Below are positions 13,101-25,914 of a DNA stretch of 64,000 nt, in pieces. The translations under genes were made by a program, and so were the position numbers. Every line of letters starts with the position of its first letter. Within the stretch, counting starts at the first letter, position 1. The notes beneath the pieces were generated by a model. That model was not told the origin of the DNA, did no database searches, and saw nothing but the letters and a program-made list of their open reading frames with translations. The DNA is from a virus (lineage: Duplodnaviria; Caudoviricetes), in the IMG/VR virus record IMGVR_UViG_3300028048_000097, positions 1 to 64,000 of that record. One strand, 5' to 3'.

Positions 13101-16100
13101 AAACCAAATGTTGTGCCGGATTACAAAATACAATATCAACGCAATGGAGGCATGTATTACCAAAAAATAGAAACTTTATCCCCGGCTACTTACAATGACT
13201 TATTTAATTGTATAGGTGGTATAGCAGATGACACATTAATTAAAGGAAAACTTAATTATAATAGTTTAGCATATTATTATACTACATGTATGGCTTTTGG
13301 ACTTGTAGACTCTGTTCAAAAGAACTTAAATATAAAGACTTGGGATAATTCAGAATATGGTTTATTCTTTTATGATATGGATACTTGCTTAGGAAGAGAT
13401 AATGATGGAAACCCAACTTCGTATTTTTGTTTCTCAGATTATTGAAAATCAGACATAAAAGAATATGATTCTGAAGGCAATCTTATAGATAGAACTTTAC
13501 CAGAAGACGTCAATAAAGTTGCAGAAACGATTGTAAATAATGGAGTTACTGTATATCGTGATTATTTTCCTCTATCTAGTGATATAACTGGATATGATAT
13601 ACCAAGTTCATATTTATTTGCTATTGCAAAATACACAAAAGCCTTAAGTGCTTATGATTCAAATCCAAATTTTTTATCTCCACAAACCATTTATGGAAAG
13701 TGGCGTACAGTTAATGGTCCACTAGAAACAGCTAAAAAATTTATTGATAAGTATTATGGATCAAATTTGGCTGGTGTTCCAGATTGTATGTTAAATCTAA
13801 ATTATAGAAATAAATATTTATATTATAGAGAATCAGACGAAAATAGAATTGGCTTTTCTAATGTATCAAAATATTTATTTGGTAGAGGTGTAGAAGTAAC
13901 AACAGAGTGATTAAAAGGTAGGCTACATATATTGGATGCATATTTTAATATGGAAAATGAGGATATCATTATCTATAGTGGAAATACAACGTATATGGAA
14001 CCAAAAAGAATTACAGTCGGTCTCGAAAACAATCAGGATGTTGTTATATTGAAAGATATTTTCCAAGCAGCAAACGAACCTTGAAGAAGGGACACCAGTG
14101 TTTTAGAATTTGTAGTAAAAGCTCCTGCATATACACCCTTAATTATTCAAGGCTCTACATTTTTTAGTCAATATCTTTTAGAAAAAGATAACTTTCCATA
14201 TACAATAAGAACTTCATTTAATGGTAAACAAACGTCTGTTTTTGGTGGATCTCAGTTATGAACAGATTTAAATAGTATTAACTCCTTTGTTAGTTCTTCA
14301 TCTTCTGATAACGGAAATCCGTTGTACATTAATAATAAATATTTAGAATATCTAAATGGTACCGACGGTGTTTATACAGGAGGATTTAATTTTGTATTAC
14401 CGGCTGTAAAAGAAATTGTTTTAAATAGTCCTGGTTATATTGGAGCACTATCAATCGATAATTCTTTTTATAATTTATCATATATAGATATTTCTAAATC
14501 TAGTATAGTATTAACCGTAGATGAATCTAGAGTTACAACAATAGATGCTCGTGATATAAATAGTTCATCGTTGACATTAGTTAACTGTAATAATTTACAA
14601 TCCGTTTTGCTGAACGGAGCGTCTATTAATTCATGTGATATTCGCCCTGCGTGAACAAAAGATATAAATTTATCAGAAAATAAAATAAAATCTTTATCTG
14701 TTGCTGGAAAAATGGAAAATGATTCTTATGGAACTTTGGAGATTTCTAATAATTCTACAATAGAAAATATTAATTTTTCTGAATTTAATACAGTTAATAT
14801 ATCAGATTGTGCTTCATTAAAAACTGTAGTTCATTCAGATGATCCACCTGTATTGACATCATTGACTATAACCAATTGTACAGAACTAACGTCATTAACT
14901 GTACTTGTGGATAAGTTAACTACATTAAACTTAAGCGGATGTACTAGTTTAACAAGATTAATACTAAAAGGTAGTGATTTTACTAAATTACGAAAATTAA
15001 ATTTATATCAAACCAAAGTTGAATATATCGAATATGATGACGATACAGATACAAGTTGTTTAGATTTATCAAGATTTACTAATTTAGCTACAAGCTCTTC
15101 TACAAACACTGCATATGTTAGACTTGGAAGTAATCCTGCAGTTAGAGTAATTAAATTAAAAAATGTTAGTTCGTCTCCTGTTTATTTATCATATAATTTA
15201 CAAGGATGTACTAATTTAGAAAGAATTTATGGAAATATAAGAATCAATGTAAGTGCTTGTTTTAAAAATTTAAGAAAATTTTCTATTCATGGGCCTGATT
15301 TACAAAATGTAATATGGCACGGTGAATCTGTATTAGATGGGACTAGGGTAAGATATCCTAAAGATATAACATCTGATTATTTTAGTGATGATCCAAATGC
15401 AACAAATATAACATTTTATACAAGCACATGTACAGAATCATTTTCTACAACTAATTGTACAATATTTGATTATTATTACATACTTTCTAATTTAGGAAAT
15501 GGTAAAAATTTAGGATCGTTGTTCTCATATCCACAAAATACAGCGTATGGGCGTTTTAATATAGAAAATGATAATAATCCTGATATAAGATTATTTGAAA
15601 ATTGTTCTGCGGTAACGTCTTTATCATTTTGTTTTGGTTATTCTGCCGGTTCAAATCATATATATTTACAATCTCCTACTATAAGCGAGAATACCGTTGT
15701 AACAGATGATGGCTTATTTTCAGCATTAATCAATTGTACAAATATTAATGGTATATTCTATTCATATAGTTATGTATGCGATAGATATTTGTTTAGAAGA
15801 AAAAATGGTAATTATAAAATAACAAGTTATACGTATTTTACTCCAAATCATGTTTTAAACAATCCTCCTGAAAATTATTCATGATCTACAATTGTATCAA
15901 CTTATACAAATTATAAAGAAAATACTGGAAATTTAGAAGGATTTTTTACTAATTTGCCGTCCATAGCAACTATTACTGGATTTTTTAATGGAGTTGGATA
16001 TATAGATTATTCAAAAATATTTATTATACCAGAAACTGTAACTACATTAAAAGGTGCTTTTGTAAGCACTAGAGCGTATTGTGATAATTTTATTTTAGAA

Positions 16101-17858
16101 AATTACTTCTCGAATCCATCAACTATTCAATATTTATTAAATAGTTTTAGAATGACCGGATCAATAACAGAAGATTATTATGTTAATATGGAACTTAACA
16201 ATAATACATTTTCTAAATTTATCAATATTTTACAAATAGGATATAGTACTTCAGCCCCATTTGATGTACCAGATTATACAGGCAGTTGTTTTGCTGGGTT
16301 TAGTAAAAAAATTAGTGCAGATGGATTTCCATTTAATATTTTTGCAAATAATACTAAAGCAACGAAATTAATAGCAATTTTTGCTAATGCAACATCATCT
16401 GTTAATTATAGTAATTTAAAATTACCAAATGATTTATTTAGAAATAATACTAAATTAACTGATATTACAGGAATGTTTTATAACATGAACGTTAATTATC
16501 AATTATCAGATGACGAAAGTATTAATTTTAAAAACTGTGAAAATATTCAAATTTTAGATTATGCGTTTGCGGAATCAGCCACTAATAGTAAATTACCATC
16601 ATTAAGTGGTAACATTCCTTATAAGTTTTTCTGGCATGGTGAACAAAATGTAAGTAAAACTTATTATGGTACGAACGAAAGAGAACCTATTTACGAAAAT
16701 GAAGAAATTGTTGGATACGAATATATTAATCCTCAACCATATACGGTATATACTAAAAATGTTAATACTACAATATCTTCTATGCGATATTGTTTTCAAC
16801 ATTCAAATTTATCCGCTTATGTTAACACAGATATAGACTCTTATATAGAACCTAATCCTTCATACGCACCATATACTTATTATTCAGAATCAATAAACGG
16901 TACATTTAAAACTAATAATAATATCGATAATAGAGAATATACGTTTATTTGAGCTTTTGATGGATCCAATTTACCTTCTAATTTTACTAGTATAACTAAA
17001 AATAATTATGAATTATTAGACAGAACTATAAGTAGCGAATTAGCGGATATTGATTCGGATTGTACATATGAAACTGTTACTTATCCTACAGGTGGAGGCA
17101 TTGGAAATCCAATTGTGTCTAGTAATTATATTGCTCCACCAGATTTGCTAAGATATTGTACAATTAAATGCGATATAAGAGGTTTATTTGCATATAGTGG
17201 TGTCCAAGGATGAGATTATAGTAGCAATAATTCTGGTGGATACAATCAATACGGTTATGGTTTAACTGGTAGAATTTGCCCATATATGTTAAAACCAGTA
17301 TACGAAACAGAAAATTTAGCAAATTTATTTAGATGCTGTAAAAAATTAAGTTATTATAGATATAATGTTGAAAATAGGGGAGACGCTTATTTAATTCCAG
17401 AAGATTTCTTTACATATGCTAAAAAAGTTGTAAACTTAACAAGTATGTTTGAAGATACGTTGCAACCTCAATTATCTAACTTATCTACAATATTTAAACC
17501 TTTAACTGGAACATTAACAATAACAAGATTATTTTACGCATCTTATTGGGATGGTAATAAATATCCAGGTATATATACACAATTATCAAATGCTTTTAAT
17601 ACACATTCCATCGCAAATATGGAAAAAGCTTTTTGTATTACAACTGTTGCCAGTAACGAACCAACAAATAGAATTAGAGATCAGTTTGTTAAATTTAGCA
17701 ATATGTTTAATACAAGATATAAGAAAACTACATATTCGACAAACTTAGCTTATTCTGATGTATTTAGAGGATATAGAAAAATAGGGGATGGTGAAAATGA
17801 AAGATTTGGTATAAAAACTCTTGTGGATAATAATATTACTAATAATTATACTTTATAA
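10125..17858 (+). CDS. Giant (about 2577 aa) putative virion/fibre protein with a CotH-like kinase domain followed by leucine-rich and BspA/DUF285-like repeats; TGA=Trp
   Basis: Track ORFs 10812, 11718, 12336, 14322, 14712, 15954 and 17286 share one frame. CotH-like motifs: LQGSST..KSKNF, LKAD..DSAHTNN, YLGVYSFN, GLVDSVQKN, FYDMDTCLG. LRRs: LTSLTITNCTELTSL, LTTLNLSGCTSLTRL, LPNDLFRNNTKLTDITGMF. Confidence 0.8.
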
Positions 17859-17874
17859 ATTAAAATATTTTTAT

Positions 17875-17882
17875 TATCTTTG
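17875..17882 (+). promoter_or_regulatory. Bacteroidota -7 promoter element (TAnnTTTG)
   Basis: tatctttg in the intergenic gap before ORF 17900. No clear -33 TTTG. Confidence 0.55.
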
Positions 17883-17899
17883 CACAAAACTATGTAGGT

Positions 17900-18433
17900 A
17901 TGAAAAAAGATATAAAAATTAAATATAACGACGCTTTCGGAACAATCCACTCTCGTGACTATTATAAAGGTAAATCCTTTCATTATGCAGGAGAGTGGAC
18001 TTCTGGAGCACACTATTTTAGTGATGACTATAATGTAGATTTCATTGTTAAAGATAATTGTTTACTTGCTTGTTCTCAAAGTCATTTTGCAACTTTAGAT
18101 AACGAACCAAAAAATTTTATTTTAGATTCTAATGGTAGTCCTATAGGAATTGCGTCTAGATGATGAGATTTTGTTTTAACTGGCGTTCGAGGATATACTC
18201 CAAAAATTAAAGTTGAAGACGACGCTTGATGAGTATCATATGATGGAGAAAGAACTTGAGAAAAATTAACAGATCTTGTAGATACACACTGAGGTGAAGA
18301 AACTGATAATACTATACAATTATCTGTTAATAAAGTTATATATACTTTAAATAAAGAAGTAAAGCCTATTACTGACAATGAAATAGATACTATTTTAAGT
18401 GAATTTAATATAAAACATTATGTCAGAGAATAA
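17900..18433 (+). CDS. Virion protein sharing its N-terminal domain with the 5615 protein; TGA=Trp
   Basis: Reads through several TGAs, including tandem TGATGA at 18161 and 18227, to TAA at 18431-18433. The pattern GKSFHYAGEW...DFIV...C..SH...EP...WDFVL matches the start of the 5615 protein. Confidence 0.75.
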
Positions 18434-18884
18434 ATTTTTAAATGCAAATGGTTTACGGCATGTTATCTCTGATTTAAAAGAGTATTTTGATACTAAAGAA
18501 TTTATTGTAGCTACTGCACTTAATGATTTAAATGATAAATTTATTGATCAATCGTTAGGTATACAATATGACACTACTGCAGGATGAAATAGTAGAGTTG
18601 GATATATTCCTAAAGCTGGGGCACTTATAATATATTCAGATTATAAATCTATTGAAAAAGATGGAAAAACGGTTTTAATTCCTGGTTTAAAAGTTGGTAG
18701 TGGCAACGCATATGTTCAAGATTTAGCATTTTTAGATGAAGCTTTGGTGCAACAGATAGTAAACCATATAGATGATAATGTAAGACATATTTCTGCTGCA
18801 GAACGTGAATTTTGAAATAATAAATTAAACGTTAATGACCGTGCAGAAGTTGAAAATGAAAGTTTAAAATTTAATCGCGATTAA
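18420..18884 (+). CDS. Fibre-associated protein with an Mtd/hyaluronidase-type N-terminal-like domain; TGA=Trp
   Basis: ATG at 18420. The sequence TTAGWNSRVGYIPKAGALIIY...LKVGSGNAYVQDLAF resembles phage fibre N-terminal modules. TAA at 18882-18884. Confidence 0.65.
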
Positions 18885-18886
18885 CA

Positions 18887-20281
18887 ATGGCAATAAACGA
18901 TAGTGCCCCGTATATTTCTAAGGTTACGTTACCTTCGGGGAATACATATACAATAAAAGATGCTGCAGCTAGAGAGGCTATTGCTGCACTAGAAGGAGGA
19001 TCTTATTTTTTAGGTGTAACTACAACAGCTTTAACAGACCAAGCAACAACCAGTCCTATTAAAATTGATGGAAATGATGTAACTCCAACTAATGGTAATA
19101 TAGTTGTTTATGGTAACGCTGAGTTTGTATGAAATGGTTCTAAGTGAATTGAATTTGGCGATTTATCTACTTTAGGTGATTTGGCTACTAAAGATAGTGT
19201 GGCTTTAAATAAAGGTACTGGTGATAATGTACTTGGTGAATCTACTACTTTTACTAATGCCAGTTCATCTGTTACTTTTACCGGAGGCACTACAGATAAA
19301 GTACTTGGAGAATCAACTACTTTTACTGCGTCCACACCAACTATTACAGTTACACCCACTACTACTAATATTAAAGCAACTGCTTCTGGTACTGCTGTAG
19401 GAGCTAATGGTACTGCACAAGCAATTACTGGATTTGGCACACATACTACAGATACATTTGTAAAATCAGTATCTGCAGAAACTAATAAAAAGCTTGTTAC
19501 GACTTCTATAGTTCCAACAAATGGCACAGAAACAGTATCTAAAGTTACTAAAACTGCTAGTAAGCTTGTTACTACATCAATTCCTAATGTTACAGCCAAT
19601 ACAACTGTATCCATACCTAATGTTACTGGTAATACCAGTGTTACAGCAAACAAATCTACATGAAGTTTTACTATGGGTACTGGTACTGGCGCTGAAACTT
19701 TAATTATAGGTGGTAGTAATGGCAACGATGTAACAGCATCTAAAGTTACATTAGGTACTGCAATATCTGCATCTAAAGTTACACTTGGTACAGCTATTAC
19801 TGCTGCAACTGGAGCTGTAGCTAGTACAGGAACAGGTAGTGATATTGTCACGGCAGTTAATATTTCTGATAAAACTGTTGCTAAAACAGGTACTGCTGTT
19901 ACAGTTGCAACAGGAGCTACAGATGCTGATGGTACAGGAGATGCAATAGTTACAGGTGTTACTATAGGTGAATCTGCATCAGCTATTACTGCATTAGGCA
20001 CACCTACAAAATCAGCTTGTTTAACAGGTGTTAAAGTAACTACACAACCTACTATAACATTAGCTACAGGAGCTACAGCTGGTACAGGTGTTATTTCTGT
20101 TGCAACAGGTATTGATTCAGCAACTTCTACACAACCCACAATTACAGTTGGCACTAATGATAAAGTTACAGCTGTTACTGGTATTGGCACAGGTACTGCT
20201 GCTGCACAAAAGATTACAGTTGGAACAAATGATAAAGTTAAAGTTGCTAAATTTGATGATCTTTCTGTAACGGTATCTTAA
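18887..20281 (+). CDS. Thr/Gly/Ala/Val-rich tail fibre or needle protein (464 aa); TGA=Trp
   Basis: Track ORFs 18887, 19181 and 19673 are in one frame. Beta-rich internal repeats, and an EFVWNGSKWIEFG module restored by TGA=Trp. Confidence 0.8.
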
Positions 20282-20291
20282 ATAAAGTATT

Positions 20292-23200
20292 ATGGCAGAC
20301 GTTAGTAAGATAAAATTACCAAGCGGTAATGAATATAATATTAAAGATGCTCGTATTACCGGAGTAGATTCTGCACCTACTTCCGGTAGTACAAATGTTG
20401 TAACTTCAGCTGGAGTTTATAATGCTATATCTGAAGCAAAAGCTCCTTTACAATCAGTAAGTTATAAAAGCGCATGATTAAGTACTTCAACTTATACTAA
20501 TCATTTACTTATGAATGTAAAACCTATTGATTGAGAAAAGGTTTATACAATTAAATATAGATTAAATTGTTCTATTGAAAATACAGAAAGTAGTAATACA
20601 GAATCTTTAGTCACCTTTCAATTTACTAAAGATGTTTTACGTTCATATTACGTTGAAAACGCGGTTACAAATACTGCTCGTAAATCTTTTTATCAACATT
20701 CTGCATATCCTGTTAGCAGCACAGGATTTAATAATGGTTTTGGGGCCTGTGTTGGTATTATAATACATCCTTCTACAGCTTCATATTCATATGCTGGATC
20801 ATCAAGTTACAGACTTGTTAAGATTGATTTATTAGAAGCTATTAATTGTGAAGTTGAACTATTTAATAAAGACTTACAAACGATAGATATACCAGTTAAT
20901 ACTTCAACTACACACATGGCTAATGTTGTAATTTCATCTGCAACAGGTTTACAAGAAACTGGTGATGCTAATAATACATATGCAAATTATAGTTTTGGTA
21001 ATAGTTATGGAATTTGTACAACTGTAGGAGAAACATTAGCAAAAACATCAGCAATTAGTAATTATACTTTAACACAAGGTGCGGTAACTACAATTTATTT
21101 TGAAAATGCAGTTCCCGCAAGTTCTACTTTAAATGTAAATACTAGAGGCGCTAAACCAATATATTATAAAAATGAACCTATAACAAATAATATTATTAAA
21201 GCCGGGGATACCGCTACATTTAGATATACTAGCGATGTTTTAAGTAGTGGCGCATATATGTTGGTAGCTTTAGATAGAGATTTTAATGATTTTGTTGTTG
21301 CTAAAGCGTTAAATGATTTAGAATCAACTAAAGAAGATTCTGAAAATAAAGTTACTTCTTTAACACCATTCTCTACAGATATTCAATATCCTTCTGCTAA
21401 AGCTGTATATGATCATATTAACACTCAATTAACTAGTGTATTAAAATATAAAGGTACTATTGGTACTGGTGGTACTGTAACAACTTTACCAGATTCTCAT
21501 AATATTGGTGATGTCTATGTTGTATCTACTGCAGGAACATACGCTGGAAAAGCATGTGAAGTTGGAGATTATATTGTATGTAAAACTGCTGGAACTAGCG
21601 CTAATAATGCTCATTGAGATGTAATTAATGGTGAAAATCAAGTAGAAAATAAATCTGCTTCGTTAGCAGCTGCGGGTAGTAGTTCTACACTTGCTACAGT
21701 TGATGGTACTAATATTACAGTTACTACTCCAAGTACATGAACTGGTGTTGCAAAAACTGGTACTGTTACTAGCATTACATTGAAAGGAACTAGTCCTATT
21801 ACTGTAGATAGTGAAAGTGCTTTAACAACATCTGGTACAAGAACAATTAGTCATGCTAATTCTGGAGTAACCGCAGGTACATATAAATCTGTTACTGTTG
21901 ATGCAAAAGGACATGTTACTGCTGGTACAAATCCTACTACATTGGCTGGATATGGTATTACTGATGCTGCACCGGCAGTTTCTGGTGGTTATTTACCATT
22001 AAGCGGCGGTGTAATGCAAAGCGGAGCAACAATTAAATTAGACCTCTATTCTGGACAAAGAATTCTTACATTAAGTGGAAATAGTATATTGCATGATCTT
22101 TCTACTGCAACAGGGGGATATGCCGGATCTTTTTATTCAATAAGAACAAAAGGAACAGACAACGAATTATATACAACCACAGGACTTGGATTTTATGGTG
22201 GAAGTTATTACGAAAAAGGATTAAACTATTTATATTTTTCTGCTCCTGGAGAAACGCATAGAGATCCTTCTATAAAAGTAACAGTAAATGGACTGGCTAC
22301 ATTTAAAAATCAAGTTACAGCAGCAGGATTTAAAACACCTAGTGGAACTAGTTCTCAGTTTTTAAAAGCTGACGGTAGTGTTGATAGTAATAGTTATTTA
22401 CCAGAAAATCAAGCTATTTTATCTAGAATGCAAGATGATGCTACACATAGAACAGTAACAGATACCGATAAAACTAATTGAAATAATAAACAATCTACTT
22501 TAATATCTGGTTCTAATATTAAAACTATTAATAATACATCATTATTAGGTTCTGGTAATATTTCAATTCCTTCAGGTAAATCTGCTTATGATATATGACT
22601 TGATGCTGGTAATACAGGCACTGAATCTGATTTTCTTGAATCATTAAAGGGTAGTAGTGGATATTCTGGGGCAGCAGGAGAACTTCAAGTTGTTAACGAT
22701 TTAACTACAGGTGGAGCTACAGCGGCGTTATCTGCAGAAATGGGAAAAATATTAGCTGATATGATTAATGCGCCTATTAATATTGACTTATCGAGTATAA
22801 CTGTTAATACAGGATGGGCTATTTCTACTAGTACTGGAAAATGAGCATCTTCTTCTAGCTATAAATACATATTAGTGCCTGTCGAAAATTACTATAAAAT
22901 AATTGTTTATACTTCTAGTTCTGGAATTTCTGCATTAGCTTGACTTAAATCTAATGCATCTCCTGTTAGTGGAGGAACTCCAGATTATGCTTCAGAAACT
23001 GCTATATGGACACAGACGGCGGGAACAACAGAAACTTACGAAGTACCTTCAGATGCAAAATACTTATACATTTATGTAGCCTCTAGATATCCTGATAAAA
23101 TAATAGGTATTAATTATAATACCGAAACTACTTCAGATAGTGATATTTATGTTAATTCTTCTGAAAATGATTTTGAAATTGTTGATGAAAATAAAAATCC

Positions 23201-24338
23201 TATTGTAGTTTTTAATGATGGCCATATTAAAACTCTTAATTTTGATTCATCCAAACTTGAAAAATTACCATACGTTAGAAGAAATTTCTTTAGTTATAAT
23301 GTAAATTGTACTAATTTTTTAACTACAAATTTTACAGCCTCTAGTATTAATTATTATGATCCGATTGCTTTATATGAAGATAATGCAATTTTGTATTTGC
23401 CAGCTTCATATTCTAATCAAGGTCCAAAAACTAAATTAATTATTTATTGTAAGGAAGGAAGTACTTATATGACTGAAGATCATGATAGTATTTTAACAAA
23501 TCCTGAAGCAACCAGATATTTTTTATATCAAGGGTATGCAATTCTTGCTGCCGATGGCGTTCCAGATGGATGAAAAGAAGCTCTAAAGATTGGAGAACGC
23601 GCTGTAGGTAATTATGTAGCTGTACAAAGTACATTAAGAGCCTTTGAATATGTTAAAAATAATTATAATATTGACTGTGACAATGTATTTATTTTTGGAT
23701 ATTCACAAGGTGGAATGTATGCAGAAAATGTAATAGATAATACAGATTTACCAATTAGAGCTGCTGTACTATTGTCTCCTGCTCTATCGATGAGATATCA
23801 TCAATGAGATGCTCCAACAAGTCAAACTATTGATGGTACATCATATACAAAAGGAGCAAGACTAAATATAGCAAGAATTTTTAATTTTCCTGAAGTAACA
23901 ACAAATGCTCAATTATTAGCACTTGCATATGATCCAGATAAAGTTTGTGGGTATGATCCTTGAGTTAGGAATGTTGATAATCCTTATGATGGATTCATAA
24001 AAGGAACTAGTGTTGGAACTGAACTTTGAGGATTACCTTCTGGTGCATCGTTAGATTCTATTACTATGAAAAAATATACAAAATGTCCAACGAAAATTTG
24101 AGTTGCAGAAAATGATAATGTTTTGGGTGTAGATATTACTAAAGTGTTTGTTAAAGCTATAAGAAATACTGGGCAGGTTGCAGATTTACAATTATTTAGT
24201 ACAGGTGAGCATCATATACAAAATTATCAAACTGCTATTAGAACTTTTGTAGAAAATGGAGAGAATGTATCATTATTGCCATTATATTTAGATATGGCGG
24301 CATGATATTATAATTTTGGAGGACTTGAATTAAAATAA
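20292..24338 (+). CDS. Modular tail fibre or receptor-binding protein (about 1348 aa) with a C-terminal alpha/beta-hydrolase (esterase) domain; TGA=Trp
   Basis: Track ORFs 20292, 20916, 21780, 23391 and 24123 share a frame. Fibre repeats such as VTVDAKGHVTAGTNPTTLAGYGITDA and YLPLSGG. Nucleophile elbow IFGYSQGG near 23690-23715, with later candidate Asp (ENDNVL) and His (GEHH). Confidence 0.8.
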
Positions 24339-24826
24339 TGGGTGTACAATTATATATAAATACTGCGGATTTTAGTAAAAATTGTATTAATAAGTTAAAA
24401 ATAAGAAATTACGCACTTACTCTTAATGATTATAATTACGGTTGGGTTCTTACTCAAGGATCTCAATATAGAGCTTCTTCTGATCCTATTTTTATACCTG
24501 CTGGAGTATCAATAACCATTACTGGATTAAAGGGTATAAATAGTAATAGTCCAACTATAATAATGAATTATTGTTATTATGTGTCTAATGATATACCGTC
24601 TGTAATAACAAGTTCTGATGCATCAAATCCTGCTATAAATGCAGTTGGTATATATCCAACAACAAGTTCTACTAAATTCCCTTTAAATTATGACAATCTT
24701 AAAGATGAAATTAAAATAACTAATACTTACGACACAGATTATTATTTTGTTTTTGCTATAGCTTGCATTGGAACTAGTGTTCCTGTAGAAATTAATAATT
24801 ATAATTTAACATGAAGATATAGTTAA
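24338..24826 (+). CDS. Hypothetical protein, likely fibre-associated; TGA=Trp
   Basis: TAATG overlap with the upstream gene. Extends through TGA at 24812 to TAA at 24824-24826. Confidence 0.65.
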
Positions 24827-24853
24827 ATTTAATGAGTAATATATTATTTTTAT

Positions 24854-24897
24854 AAATCCTTGTAAGAGAATATCTTACAGGGATTTTTTATTTTTTA
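24854..24897 (+). terminator. Intrinsic terminator
   Basis: Stem aaatccttgtaaga / tcttacagggattt followed by T-tracts. Confidence 0.8.
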
Positions 24898-24929
24898 AGT
24901 ATTGTGTCTAATCTGCTATATAGTCTATC

Positions 24930-24937
24930 TATCTTTG
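24930..24937 (+). promoter_or_regulatory. Bacteroidota -7 promoter element upstream of the six-gene cassette
   Basis: tatctttg(cac) 50 nt upstream of the ATG at 24987, just after a terminator. Confidence 0.6.
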
Positions 24938-24986
24938 CACCGTGATCACAAAAAGCAAAGATTTATAAACATTAAAAATTAACAAA

Positions 24987-25895
24987 ATGGCAGAAGAAAC
25001 AAAAACTTATGTATTTGGTAATGATGCTGGTTCTGGTTTTGGTTCCGGTTTTGTTCCTGGTATGCTTATGGGCGGTAATAGCGGTTTTGGCGGTTTTGGC
25101 AACGGTATTACTGATCTTATTGGACTTGCTATCGTAGCTTCTATCTTTGGATGGGGTGGTAACGGTAATGGTTGGTTTGGTAATAATGGTGGCAATGCTG
25201 GTGCTGCTGGATTTTTAAGCAATCAGATTTCTGATACTTCCACACGTGACCTTATTATGAACGCTATTAATGGTACTGATGCAGATGTTCGTCAGCTTGC
25301 TAGTACTTTAAATGTAGATGTAGAATCTGTAAAGAATGGTATTAATACCGTTAATAGTGCTATTGCTTCATTAGCCGCTCAAAATGGTATGAGTTCTCTT
25401 CAGGTAATTAATGCAATACAATCTGGTAACGCGACATTAGGTCGTCAGCTTTGTGAATGTTGCTGCGAGAATCGTCTTTTAACCACTCAGCAAGGTTATG
25501 AGTCGAGAATTCAAACTATTGAACAAACTAATCAGTTAGGTTCTCAAGCAGATCGTAATGCTAGTTCAATTCTTAATGCAATTAATGCTCAGACTGTAGC
25601 TATGAATGATGGTTTCTGTGCTATTAAAGAGCGTGAATTACAGGATAAGATTGATACTTTAACTGCCCAGAATACTACATTACGTGGACAGATAGATAAT
25701 GCTAACCAAACTGCTCAGATTGCAGCTATGTTAGTTCCTATTCAGACTGAGGTGAATGCTATTAAGGCTAACCAGCCTAATACTGTTCCTGTTCAGTGAC
25801 CAAATTTGACAGCTGTAAATAATACCCCTTATATGGGTTTCTATGGAAATTTCAACGGTTGGGGTTACGGTAACGGTGGTTCATATTGGGGTTAA
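24987..25895 (+). CDS. Uncharacterised phage protein (302 aa): Gly/Asn/aromatic low-complexity ends, a hydrophobic segment and a coiled coil with a CECCCE motif
   Basis: Track ORF extended through a single TGA (25797) to TAA at 25893-25895. LIGLAIVASIFGWGG is the hydrophobic stretch. Confidence 0.8.
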
Positions 25896-25914
25896 TAAAT
25901 AAGGAGGATTGGCT

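Noticed and set aside
19108-20190. 360-aa minus-strand ORF
   Set aside because: It is the antisense shadow of the Thr/Gly/Ala/Val-rich fibre gene and has no independent features.
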